The position numbers were made by a program, and so were the translations under genes. Below the pieces are notes generated by a model. It searched no databases. It was not told the DNA's origin and saw only the letters and a program-made list of their open reading frames with translations. From the IMG/VR virus record IMGVR_UViG_3300022752_000019, positions 64,001-128,000 of that record: a stretch of DNA of 64,000 nucleotides; one strand, written 5' to 3'. Positions within the stretch are counted from its first letter, which is position 1. Each line of letters opens with the position of its first letter. The DNA comes from a virus. This document shows, piece after piece, positions 1 to 7,822 of this stretch.

Positions 1-1551
1 GGCTGCAAATAGCAGCTTGGACGATGGGAGGATGTAGTCAACCTCCTTCCACGGACGCTTTGAAGTGTTCCGGTCGCTGTCGTAGACCACGACGTGCGAG
101 GCAAGTGGAGTGACCTTTACCGACCCGTCTGGCTTGCGCTCAACCTTTGCCTGATCAGGGTACGCAACGACAGCATGTTCGAGATCGGCCGCCGTCTTGT
201 GCTCAATCTTGCCTGTGCGCACGTTGACGACTTGCGCATGGAGGTCGTGACCGACCTTCTTTGCTCCAAGTGGGACGTGTAGGATGATGCCCGTGTGCGA
301 GCTTTCTGGAGTCTGAAGAGGGTCAAGCAACCCGAGGTGGCTCGGATTGATCAACTTGTCTTCCATCAGATTGACGTTCTCTCCCTTGATGCCTCCGAAC
401 TCCGCACCGAGGATGGTCGTACGCGTGTGGTTCGAGACAAACTGAAGCGGGTTTGTCTGGGTGGGCAACTGTCCGGCCTTGAAAGGCTTCAGAATGGCAG
501 CTCCGTAGCCGGAGGCGGACGCTGGGATGATGTCCTGGATCGAGGTCTTGCGGTCTACGTTGTTTCGGATCTTGCGAGTCAGGGCGTAGACAGTCTTACC
601 CTTGGTAAGCTCCTCGTAGACATAGTCCTCTGCGCCGAACAGCCTCTTGTTTGAAAGGGACTGCCGGTCATCCTCGGGCACATCGCCACGGCTAATGTCA
701 ACAAGCTTCTTCGCCGAGAGAAGCAACGCCTCTCCGGTGATCTTGTCGAACTCCTTGCCAAATGCGGCCTTCATCGTCTGAGGGCTGACCTCGGCCCCCT
801 CAAAGACTTCCTTGGTGAACTTGGCTGCTTCCGCTACAGAGGGGGCCTTGTAGTTCTCCCCTTCCTTACGTGCCTCGATCGCTTTGTGGAACTTCAGGAT
901 GTCCGTAGGAGAACTCTTGGCGCGGTTAATCTCGAAGATCTTATCGCCAAGCGCACTTCGGATCTTGCTGTCGTCGACACCCATCGCAGACAGAACCGCG
1001 TACACAGGAATCTGGACAGTAGAGGATCCGCTACTCTTGACGTCCATCGTCATCAAGCCAAGCTTCTTCGGATCCTTGCGCTCGATGTAGATGTCGAAAG
1101 AGCCAACCTTGCTCCCTGCCGCGACGTTCCACTTTGCCAGAAGATCGCCGTTCTGCGCTTCGGCATGGTAGGCGCCAGGATTCAGCCGAAATACGCTGTC
1201 CAGCTGCATCTCGTTGCCGTTAACGATGTAGCTGTAGCGAGTTGTGATCTTGGGGATCTTTCCAAGCGTCCGGGGCTTCTCATCAAGAACTTTCCCGGTG
1301 GCCTTGTCGATCAGTCGGAACACTCCGACGATGTCTGGTCCCCATGTCCTGTCATTCAGCCGAGCTTCAAGCTGACTGTTGTAGTTTGCAGGATTGAACT
1401 GCGCCGCTCCGGACGCTGAGCTGTCCTCGACCTCGATGCGCACAAGCTCCAATCGGTGCTTGCTTCCCTCAATCGGAAAGTGAGACGAAATTGCCTCTTT
1501 CGTCTTCTGCACCAGGAGATTGTAGCTTTCAATCGGGTTCAAGTTGGACAT
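1..1551 (-). CDS. rpoB: Phage multisubunit DNA-directed RNA polymerase beta subunit, N-terminal 517 aa (runs off left edge)
   Basis: My translation starts at ATG 1551 (GGAG SD) and stays open to base 1. Motifs match RpoB: LGKIPKITTRYSYIVNGNE (~GEIPLMT..GTFVINGTE), DDRQSLSNKRL (~DDIDHLGNRR), QTNPLQFVSNHTRTTILG..GGI (~[22 protein letters not shown]), INPSHLGLLDPLQTPESSHTG (~[21 protein letters not shown]). Confidence 0.92.
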   Translation of the reverse strand, partial: MSNLNPIESYNLLVQKTKEAISSHFPIEGSKHRLELVRIEVEDSSASGAAQFNPANYNSQLEARLNDRTWGPDIVGVFRLIDKATGKVLDEKPRTLGKIPKITTRYSYIVNGNEMQLDSVFRLNPGAYHAEAQNGDLLAKWNVAAGSKVGSFDIYIERKDPKKLGLMTMDVKSSGSSTVQIPVYAVLSAMGVDDSKIRSALGDKIFEINRAKSSPTDILKFHKAIEARKEGENYKAPSVAEAAKFTKEVFEGAEVSPQTMKAAFGKEFDKITGEALLLSAKKLVDISRGDVPEDDRQSLSNKRLFGAEDYVYEELTKGKTVYALTRKIRNNVDRKTSIQDIIPASASGYGAAILKPFKAGQLPTQTNPLQFVSNHTRTTILGAEFGGIKGENVNLMEDKLINPSHLGLLDPLQTPESSHTGIILHVPLGAKKVGHDLHAQVVNVRTGKIEHKTAADLEHAVVAYPDQAKVERKPDGSVKVTPLASHVVVYDSDRNTSKRPWKEVDYILPSSKLLFAA

Positions 1552-1578
1552 TAAAAATGTCTCCGATAGAGGTCATAA
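1552..1578 (+). promoter_or_regulatory. Putative phage promoter TAAA-N15-GGTCATAA (copy 1)
   Basis: TAAAAATGTCTCCGATAGAGGTCATAA lies at a divergent junction, 40 nt upstream of an AAGGAG-ATG start; the motif recurs at other divergent junctions. Confidence 0.65.
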
Positions 1579-1617
1579 GTATAACAGCCGGAGCATAACA
1601 CCGGCAAAGGAGATCAC

Positions 1618-1692
1618 ATGGGCAACTATTCCGGCCCCGACGAAGGAGCCTCAAATCCGTTCAAGGACACCGATCGCTTCGGCGATTGGTAA
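1618..1692 (+). CDS. Putative 24-aa micropeptide MGNYSGPDEGASNPFKDTDRFGDW
   Basis: Strong AAGGAG SD six nt before the ATG, directly after the promoter motif. Confidence 0.5.
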   Translation: MGNYSGPDEGASNPFKDTDRFGDW

Positions 1693-1693
1693 G

Positions 1694-1780
1694 ATGGTGC
1701 TGTTTTTCTGGATGGCGGCGATCGTCGCCGCCATCCAATCGTCGAGTGACGTCCTCGAGGACGAGCTTGGCGAGGAGTAG
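1694..1780 (+). CDS. Putative 28-aa peptide with hydrophobic N-terminus and acidic tail (MVLFFWMAAIVAAIQSSSDVLEDELGEE)
   Basis: ATG one base after the preceding TAA, consistent with translational coupling. Confidence 0.4.
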   Translation: MVLFFWMAAIVAAIQSSSDVLEDELGEE

Positions 1781-1791
1781 ACGATTCGGGC

Positions 1792-1826
1792 GCCTCCGAG
1801 CCAGACTTCAGTCTGAGCTCGGAGGC
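1792..1826 (+). other. Strong RNA hairpin (15-bp core stem, extendable to about 1772-1849)
   Basis: GCCTCCGAGC-CAGAC-ttca-GTCTG-a-GCTCGGAGGC; a T-rich tract follows at about 1855. Confidence 0.6.
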
Positions 1827-1925
1827 TTGCCCTCGCGTCCTCACTCTTCAGCACTTTTATTTAAGACGCAGGAAGAAGATACTCTAAAAGAGTACTGTCC
1901 TCTGATCGGCGAGAGGTGCGGAGTA

Positions 1926-2090
1926 ATGGAATGTCGAGGGTGCCCGGCCATCCCAGAAGGAAGATGGATGTGCTCTGTCTGCGCAAAGCCTCACAGTGTC
2001 CAGCCGTTCTGGACGTCGGGACACTGTGATGCCTGCGGCATAGAGTCAAGTTTCCTTTCCCTGGTGCCAGATGCTTCCCTTCGTATGTGA
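1926..2090 (+). CDS. Small Cys-rich zinc-ribbon protein (start uncertain)
   Basis: CRGC, CSVC and CDAC pairs; the frame is also open and Cys-rich upstream. Confidence 0.55.
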   Translation: MECRGCPAIPEGRWMCSVCAKPHSVQPFWTSGHCDACGIESSFLSLVPDASLRM

Positions 2091-2325
2091 CCACTGTGGC
2101 GCAGAGGCCGCGAAAGACGACAAGATGATCAGCGTTGCTCGGCACCGTGTCGTTCGTCGTCCGCGAAAGTGGGACATCGAGGACGAGGCATTTGCCACGC
2201 TTGGAAGCGAGGCCATGTTTCATGAGCAGTGCTTCGTAGACAACGCGCGAGAGATCCTCGCCGCGCTCTACGAAGGTCTTCCGATCGAGCAGCCCAGGAA
2301 GAGACCGGCTTACCTCGTGCGATGA
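2071..2325 (+). CDS. Hypothetical protein, CxxC...HxxC zinc finger
   Basis: FVCDHCG and FHEQC; overlaps the upstream ORF and converges on the portal stop. Confidence 0.65.
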   Translation: MLPFVCDHCGAEAAKDDKMISVARHRVVRRPRKWDIEDEAFATLGSEAMFHEQCFVDNAREILAALYEGLPIEQPRKRPAYLVR

Positions 2326-2327
2326 GG

Positions 2328-4394
2328 TCAGCCGATGGCTCTTCCTGGGTCTGCCTGCGGAGTTCCGTTAGGGGCTGGATTTTGCTGCGCGTTCAGCGGG
2401 TTGACCTGCGATCCCTTGTCATTCATTAGCTGAACAACCAGTTGATACAGCGGTGGGTTCTCAGTCTGCATCTGCTGAAGCGCCTGATACATTGCCTGCT
2501 CACCCTGTTCTTTCTTTAGCGTACGGAAGTACGCGACGGCGCGCTGAGCGACGTACCGCAGGTCTACTCCCCCTGAGCCCGGTTGAATCTGCGACTGAAC
2601 GCCTGCCATGGCAGCAGGCATGCCGGATTCGTTGGGAGCGCCTGCATTTTCTGCATAGGCAGTTGCGCCCTCTGGGAGCCCAGGAGTTTGCTGAGCAGCA
2701 TCGCCAGCCGGGGCCGCCTGCTGCTGTGCAGCGGCTTGCGCGGCGGCTTGCGTGGCGGCTTGCGCGGCGGCGGGGTCTTGTACTCCCATTTGCTGCTGGG
2801 CCTGCTGCATCTGCTGCTGCATCTCCATCTGCGCCTGACCCTGCGCCTTTAGCGTAAGGGCCTGTGCCTTCGCCTGGTAGCGTGAGGTACGAAGCTGCGC
2901 CTCTCCTTGAATGTCGGCAGAGGCAACCTGCATCTTGCGGTTGGCTTGGATCTGCTTCTTGATTTCGCGCCCCATGCGCTCAGATTCAAGATCGAAGTCC
3001 TCGCCCAGTTCCTCCATGAGGCGATGGTCGCTGATCTTCTGCGCTTGGTTGAGCTGGAGGTAGAACATGCTCCTTTGGAGGTCGTCGGCCATGCGGAACT
3101 TGTCGAACCGCGAAGAAACCCGCGGCCACTCCATGAATGCCGCAATCTTCTGCATAATGAAGACGTTGATTAGCTCATGGCGCTGCTTGTTGTAGCCGAG
3201 GAACATGTTCTCGAGCGCGCGGAGCGACGTGCTGGACCCGGACCATTGAAGTCCGCCGAAGATGAACTCCACCGGAATGCCTGCGCCTGCGAGCATCTGT
3301 TCGGCCAGGAGTCTCATCTCCTGGTACATCAGAAGGGCTCGCCCCTGGCCGCCGATCTGCTGGAACCCGATGTTGACAGGTAGGACCGGGATGTAGTTGT
3401 GATCCCGTTTCCACATGTTGATCTCTTCATCGACCCGACGCTTCCAGTTCGTCAGGTTGTAGGCCCCATAAGGCCCTTCATTACCTCCGGTGTTCTGTCC
3501 TGGGAAGATCATCCGCATCGGGACGATATTTTCCATAAGGATCGCTTCGTTCGCCTTCTTCATTACCTGAAGGTAGAACGCGTCCTTCAGGAGCGGGAAG
3601 ATGAGGGGTGTTCCCCAGCCCTGGTCCTTCTGCGCGATTGTCGGGCGCTTCAGGTGGTACAGGTTCTCCTCTGAGAAGAGGAGTGACTTGCCTGCGCGCG
3701 CGGCCTCGAGGAACTCAAGAGGCAGGCTCTCGATCTCGTCACAGTCCCCCATTTTGATGTCGTTGATCACGCTCTTGGGCAGGCGGAAGTAGTACTTCGT
3801 CTGCCCAGTGATCTCGTTGTGCTTGATGTCGATGTTTTCCGGGTTCCAGCGGACCAGTCGAATCTGCCGGAACGAGCGGATGTACACATCGTGCTGCTTG
3901 GCGTAGCCCTCGTGGCCGCAGTCGCACTTGTGCAGGTAGAAGCGAGAGTCGCGCCACTTGTAGCGAAAGCGGTTGGTCTTGGCACGATAGCGTGCCCCGC
4001 AGGAGCTACAGATCAGGTACTTCTCAAAGGGAAGGAACACGGAGACAAACGCGTTCCCGTACACGAAGTAGTCCAGGCCGACCTCGACCTGGAACGAACG
4101 TAGCTTGAGGTGGTCTTCGACCTTCTTGTAGAGCTTGATGACCTCTGGATCATCAGTCTCAAAGATCAGAGGCGTCACCGGATACTCGGCCATCTTTGAA
4201 CAGGCCGCGTTGATCACTGGATTGGTTAGGAAGTAGTACCGGCACCACTTGTGGAGTTCGTGCTGATTGGCCGGAAGAAACTGCTGGGAGATGTCAAAGA
4301 ACGGCGATGGGTAGCGGATGCCAAAGCCTCGCCCACCCTCGGCAGTAACGGGCCGAGGGTTGAAGCGGTTGACCTCGCTTGTGACGACGTTCAT
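2328..4394 (-). CDS. Portal protein with zinc-ribbon insertion and Gln/Ala-rich C-terminus
   Basis: Portal-type motifs NPVINAAC..MAEYP, GLDYFVYGNAFV, LYHLKRP...GWGTPLI and AGAGIPVEFIFGG. Confidence 0.8.
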   Translation of the reverse strand: MNVVTSEVNRFNPRPVTAEGGRGFGIRYPSPFFDISQQFLPANQHELHKWCRYYFLTNPVINAACSKMAEYPVTPLIFETDDPEVIKLYKKVEDHLKLRSFQVEVGLDYFVYGNAFVSVFLPFEKYLICSSCGARYRAKTNRFRYKWRDSRFYLHKCDCGHEGYAKQHDVYIRSFRQIRLVRWNPENIDIKHNEITGQTKYYFRLPKSVINDIKMGDCDEIESLPLEFLEAARAGKSLLFSEENLYHLKRPTIAQKDQGWGTPLIFPLLKDAFYLQVMKKANEAILMENIVPMRMIFPGQNTGGNEGPYGAYNLTNWKRRVDEEINMWKRDHNYIPVLPVNIGFQQIGGQGRALLMYQEMRLLAEQMLAGAGIPVEFIFGGLQWSGSSTSLRALENMFLGYNKQRHELINVFIMQKIAAFMEWPRVSSRFDKFRMADDLQRSMFYLQLNQAQKISDHRLMEELGEDFDLESERMGREIKKQIQANRKMQVASADIQGEAQLRTSRYQAKAQALTLKAQGQAQMEMQQQMQQAQQQMGVQDPAAAQAATQAAAQAAAQQQAAPAGDAAQQTPGLPEGATAYAENAGAPNESGMPAAMAGVQSQIQPGSGGVDLRYVAQRAVAYFRTLKKEQGEQAMYQALQQMQTENPPLYQLVVQLMNDKGSQVNPLNAQQNPAPNGTPQADPGRAIG

Positions 4395-6250
4395 GACTGA
4401 TTGTCCTTTTTCTGCCCGAACGAACTATCGAGCAAGTTTGCAGCGCCGCCAGCAATATCTGCGCCGATATTTTCAGCAGTCGTTCCAATTGCCATTCCGC
4501 CGACTGCCGGAACAATGCCTTTGGCACTGAAGCCTGATCTGCCCGTGTTGGTGAAGAGATTGGACTTACTGAGCCCGAGGTTTCGTCCGCCAAAAAGATG
4601 ACCCGTTGCCGACGCAGTGCCGGCAACTGCCAGTCCCCTTGCAAGTCTTTCTGCGGTACTTCTCTTCTTTCCGGTTTCTGGATCAACCTCCTCAGAGGCA
4701 GCACCGACTCCTCCCAGAACAGGCGCCGCAACTTCCATTACTCGCTCGCCCGGGCCGTAGTACCACATGCCGCGATTTGTTGTTGCAGTGCCTGCGGCAG
4801 CCTGTTCTTGAGCCCGCCTGCCTAAAGTCCGGTACATGCTCTCGATTTTTCCATAGTCAACATTTTGGCCAGCCTGCGCCGCAGAGTCCATTTCATCAAT
4901 TAAAGACCGCAGGCTCTTAGCGGAGTCTTCGTCAAACGCCACGTTTTGGTACTTTTGCCTTCCAGCACTAAGAAATCCTGACCGGCGCAGACTGTCCACG
5001 ATTCCTGGGGAGCCTTGTACCTCATCAAGGGCTTTAAACTGGTCAACTCTACCAACAAGTGGTTTGTTGGCCGCTGCTTGACTACGCAACGTCTCATCTA
5101 AGTTGCGCAAACTTTCCGACATAAGCTCTACTCGCTTAGACTGCGCAGCCCCTCGTGCAAACTCATCGGCTCCTTCTCCTACGTAGCTTGCACCGGTCCT
5201 TAGCCCACGACCCATTGACGTTATGGGCTTAGTTACGACCTCCTTAACTGTGGTCAAGAACTTACCGGCCCGGGCCGGGTTTCTCAGCAACGCGGCGCCG
5301 ATCAATCCCGCGCCGCCTACAGACACCGGATTAACGTGCTTCAAGATTGGAGACGATGGTTGTTTGCTCTGAGTCCCAGGGATCTGTACCTGATCATCAG
5401 GGTTTATAACGTTGTGTGCCGAAATAGCTTTTGGAACATCCGCAATTCCTGCCGTCTTTGTCGCCTGCAATGAAGCAGTGAACTCAAGCAGATCTCCGAT
5501 GCCCTCCATGAGCTTCGATGCGCAGATGTCGTCAGCAGTCTCTTTAAGCGTATGACCGCCGACCGACAGGGCGCGGACAAGCGCCTTCTGAACTCCCGCA
5601 GTCGGGAGTTTCGTGACGACTTTGACTTTGGAGCCGTTGAACTTCTTTTTTAGCTCCTCATCAGGTTCCATCTTCAGAAGGCTGTCGGTGTTGTAACGAT
5701 CGGTGCAGTAGCTACAGAGACCGTCTTCTTTTGGCTCTTCCTCGTTTCCGCACTCACCGCAGACCTGCGTGACCTTTGAGATCAGGGGGTTGAGGAACTC
5801 CAGCGGCTCAGGCACATACCAGATCCCGGACTCGTGAAGCTGCGCCGCCATGTATCGACGCACCTCCTCAGAGAACTCTGGGATGTCGCCGATCGTTCCA
5901 AGGTCCAATCTGATGCGATTCGCAGCATCCACTGCGAGCATTAGGTCGGAGACCGACTGATTGTCGATGTGAGATACGGACGGGATCTTTCCAACGAGCG
6001 CCTGGGAGACCGTGTGGAACGTCTCCCAGCTCGTCCAAAACTGATCGTGGTTGGCGACAGACACCGCCGCCATCAACTTGATCAGAACTACGCGCGGAAT
6101 GTTGATCTTGAGACGGCTCTCCACTGACCGCTTGATGACAAACGGCTCCCACTCCAACGCACCGACACCGAAGAGTCGGAGGTAGGATCGAAGAAGAAGA
6201 AGCGGGTGCGTCTTCTCATTCTTGAAGGTCTGAAGATCAGTAGCCTCCAT
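4391..6250 (-). CDS. Putative virion protein: Cys-containing N-domain, KTAG junction, then Gly-zipper C-terminal module
   Basis: Likely ATG at 6250 overlaps the upstream gene end; ATGA overlap with portal; CGECG/CSYC; Gly-rich hydrophobic segments. Confidence 0.7.
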   Translation of the reverse strand: MEATDLQTFKNEKTHPLLLLRSYLRLFGVGALEWEPFVIKRSVESRLKINIPRVVLIKLMAAVSVANHDQFWTSWETFHTVSQALVGKIPSVSHIDNQSVSDLMLAVDAANRIRLDLGTIGDIPEFSEEVRRYMAAQLHESGIWYVPEPLEFLNPLISKVTQVCGECGNEEEPKEDGLCSYCTDRYNTDSLLKMEPDEELKKKFNGSKVKVVTKLPTAGVQKALVRALSVGGHTLKETADDICASKLMEGIGDLLEFTASLQATKTAGIADVPKAISAHNVINPDDQVQIPGTQSKQPSSPILKHVNPVSVGGAGLIGAALLRNPARAGKFLTTVKEVVTKPITSMGRGLRTGASYVGEGADEFARGAAQSKRVELMSESLRNLDETLRSQAAANKPLVGRVDQFKALDEVQGSPGIVDSLRRSGFLSAGRQKYQNVAFDEDSAKSLRSLIDEMDSAAQAGQNVDYGKIESMYRTLGRRAQEQAAAGTATTNRGMWYYGPGERVMEVAAPVLGGVGAASEEVDPETGKKRSTAERLARGLAVAGTASATGHLFGGRNLGLSKSNLFTNTGRSGFSAKGIVPAVGGMAIGTTAENIGADIAGGAANLLDSSFGQKKDNQS

Positions 6251-7331
6251 TGTTCGTATCCCTGGACTGCGAGGCGAGCCGTGAGAGGAGGATCTGCTGC
6301 TCAAGAGGCATGCCCTTGAAAGTGCCTACCGGATCACGCCGGAATCGCTCAACTACGCTGTCCTCAAAGACATCTTCCAGTCCGGCGTGGCTTGCGGTGC
6401 TGCCCGAGTACCTCTTGAGCATCGACTCCGTAACGTAATCGCCTCCATGAATCCAGGAGTATTCCGCCTGTTTCTCTGTCCCGTAGACAGCCAGGACGGG
6501 GTCCGGGATGTTGTTGCCGTACCGATTCAGGAGCCCTGCCCTCTCATCCATGAGGAACAGCGTCTCCACGACATCATCGGGATCCATCGCCGCTGCCATC
6601 TTGGAAAGGCGAAGGTAGTCGCTCTGGTACTCTGGATTTGCCGTGTACTCCGCTCTCCGCGAAGCGACCTTCTCGAACCTGGGACTCAGCGTAGTCCCGC
6701 TGTAGCGGAAGATGTGATCCGGGACAACGGCGCCCACCGCACTTGCCAGCTTGACAACATCGACTGCGGCCTCATGACGATCGTAGGGATCCAGGTCGTC
6801 CCACTTGCGAATCGTCTCTGAGATCGCATCAAAGGCCGATGCCTGCTTGACCTGGTGGGCGCCAAGGGGCTGCGACATCCCCTTGCCCATCGGGCGGGCA
6901 ATCTGCGAGGGCTCGAAGGACGCAGTCTTGGCATATTGAGTGCTTGACGCGCTCTTCACCAGCACGCGACGTCCATCTCCCGGAAGGTTCTCGCCCTCGT
7001 TTGCCAGAAGGTACAGCGCGGGATGGGACTGAAGCCCGAGATCGTCAGCCGCGTTCAGTAGGTTTGCTGCGGCAACCTTGACGGCCCCGGCAGGGAGATC
7101 GTGCTCCGCGTTGAGCAGATACCACTGAGACAGGAAGGTGTTCCCGGCGTCGTGGCAGGCAAACTTCCTGTGCTCCTTGCCCTGGCTGTCGACGATGATG
7201 AGCGCAAAGTCCCGATCGTACAGGTCATCGCGCTCCTTCCAAGACGCCGTCTTGAGAAACTCAAGCCCGTCCTTCGGCCCAGAAGCGCGGAACAGATCGC
7301 AGAGGTCGTCGTGCTGGTCTACCACTGGCAT
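6237..7331 (-). CDS. Putative head-associated protein rich in K-x-A motifs
   Basis: ATG 7331 with AGGGG SD; first gene of the portal operon; 10 of 17 Lys are in K-x-A. Confidence 0.7.
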   Translation of the reverse strand: MPVVDQHDDLCDLFRASGPKDGLEFLKTASWKERDDLYDRDFALIIVDSQGKEHRKFACHDAGNTFLSQWYLLNAEHDLPAGAVKVAAANLLNAADDLGLQSHPALYLLANEGENLPGDGRRVLVKSASSTQYAKTASFEPSQIARPMGKGMSQPLGAHQVKQASAFDAISETIRKWDDLDPYDRHEAAVDVVKLASAVGAVVPDHIFRYSGTTLSPRFEKVASRRAEYTANPEYQSDYLRLSKMAAAMDPDDVVETLFLMDERAGLLNRYGNNIPDPVLAVYGTEKQAEYSWIHGGDYVTESMLKRYSGSTASHAGLEDVFEDSVVERFRRDPVGTFKGMPLEQQILLSRLASQSRDTNNGGY

Positions 7332-7364
7332 CTTTTTATCCCCTGAAAGGTCGAGTGCAGGTCT

Positions 7365-7382
7365 CATTATACGCAGTCATAA
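7365..7382. promoter_or_regulatory. Divergent promoter region: AGTCATAA on plus, TATAAT on minus
   Basis: CATTATACGCAGTCATAA lies between divergent starts at 7331 and 7415; the TAAA element is absent here. Confidence 0.5.
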
Positions 7383-7414
7383 GACTTGTAGCACCCTACT
7401 GGAGGTTAGTGCAC

Positions 7415-7822
7415 ATGGGAGCTTTCTCCGATCGGTTTGACCACGAAGACAGCGGGTCATCGCGTCGCCCCGAGTGTTATGGCGACCCGGATTACTACGA
7501 TATCACGGACGAGAGATGCCGGCAGTGTCCGGTAAAGGGTACATGCCGTATCAAGGTTCAGTCATTGGAGCGAGAACAGCGGAGAGCAAGTGCGCCGACA
7601 ACAACGACGTACTCTCCGAGTACCACTCCGGGCTCCGCGTATCGTCCGTCAGTGAAGGCGAAGGTGTATGAGGAACCGGAAGCGGCGGACACATTCACAG
7701 GCGTCCTGGCCTACAACGCGGGTCTAAACGCGATCACGACGATGAGTGAAACGTTGACGGAGGCACTTGCAGGAATTCCTCGCAAGAAATACCCGTCTCT
7801 GAAGAGGAGAAAGGTGGAATGA
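7415..7822 (+). CDS. Hypothetical protein with C-x13-CxxCPV-x3-C metal-binding motif; first gene of replication operon
   Basis: GGAGG SD; CYGDPDYYDITDERCRQCPVKGTC. Confidence 0.7.
   Translation: MGAFSDRFDHEDSGSSRRPECYGDPDYYDITDERCRQCPVKGTCRIKVQSLEREQRRASAPTTTTYSPSTTPGSAYRPSVKAKVYEEPEAADTFTGVLAYNAGLNAITTMSETLTEALAGIPRKKYPSLKRRKVE

Noticed and set aside
94-1419. Plus-strand ORFs 94-282, 295-654 and 886-1419
   Set aside because: Antisense shadows of the RpoB frame.
1651-1854. 67-aa minus ORF upstream of rpoB
   Set aside because: No SD, runs through the hairpin, and conflicts with better-supported plus-strand signals.
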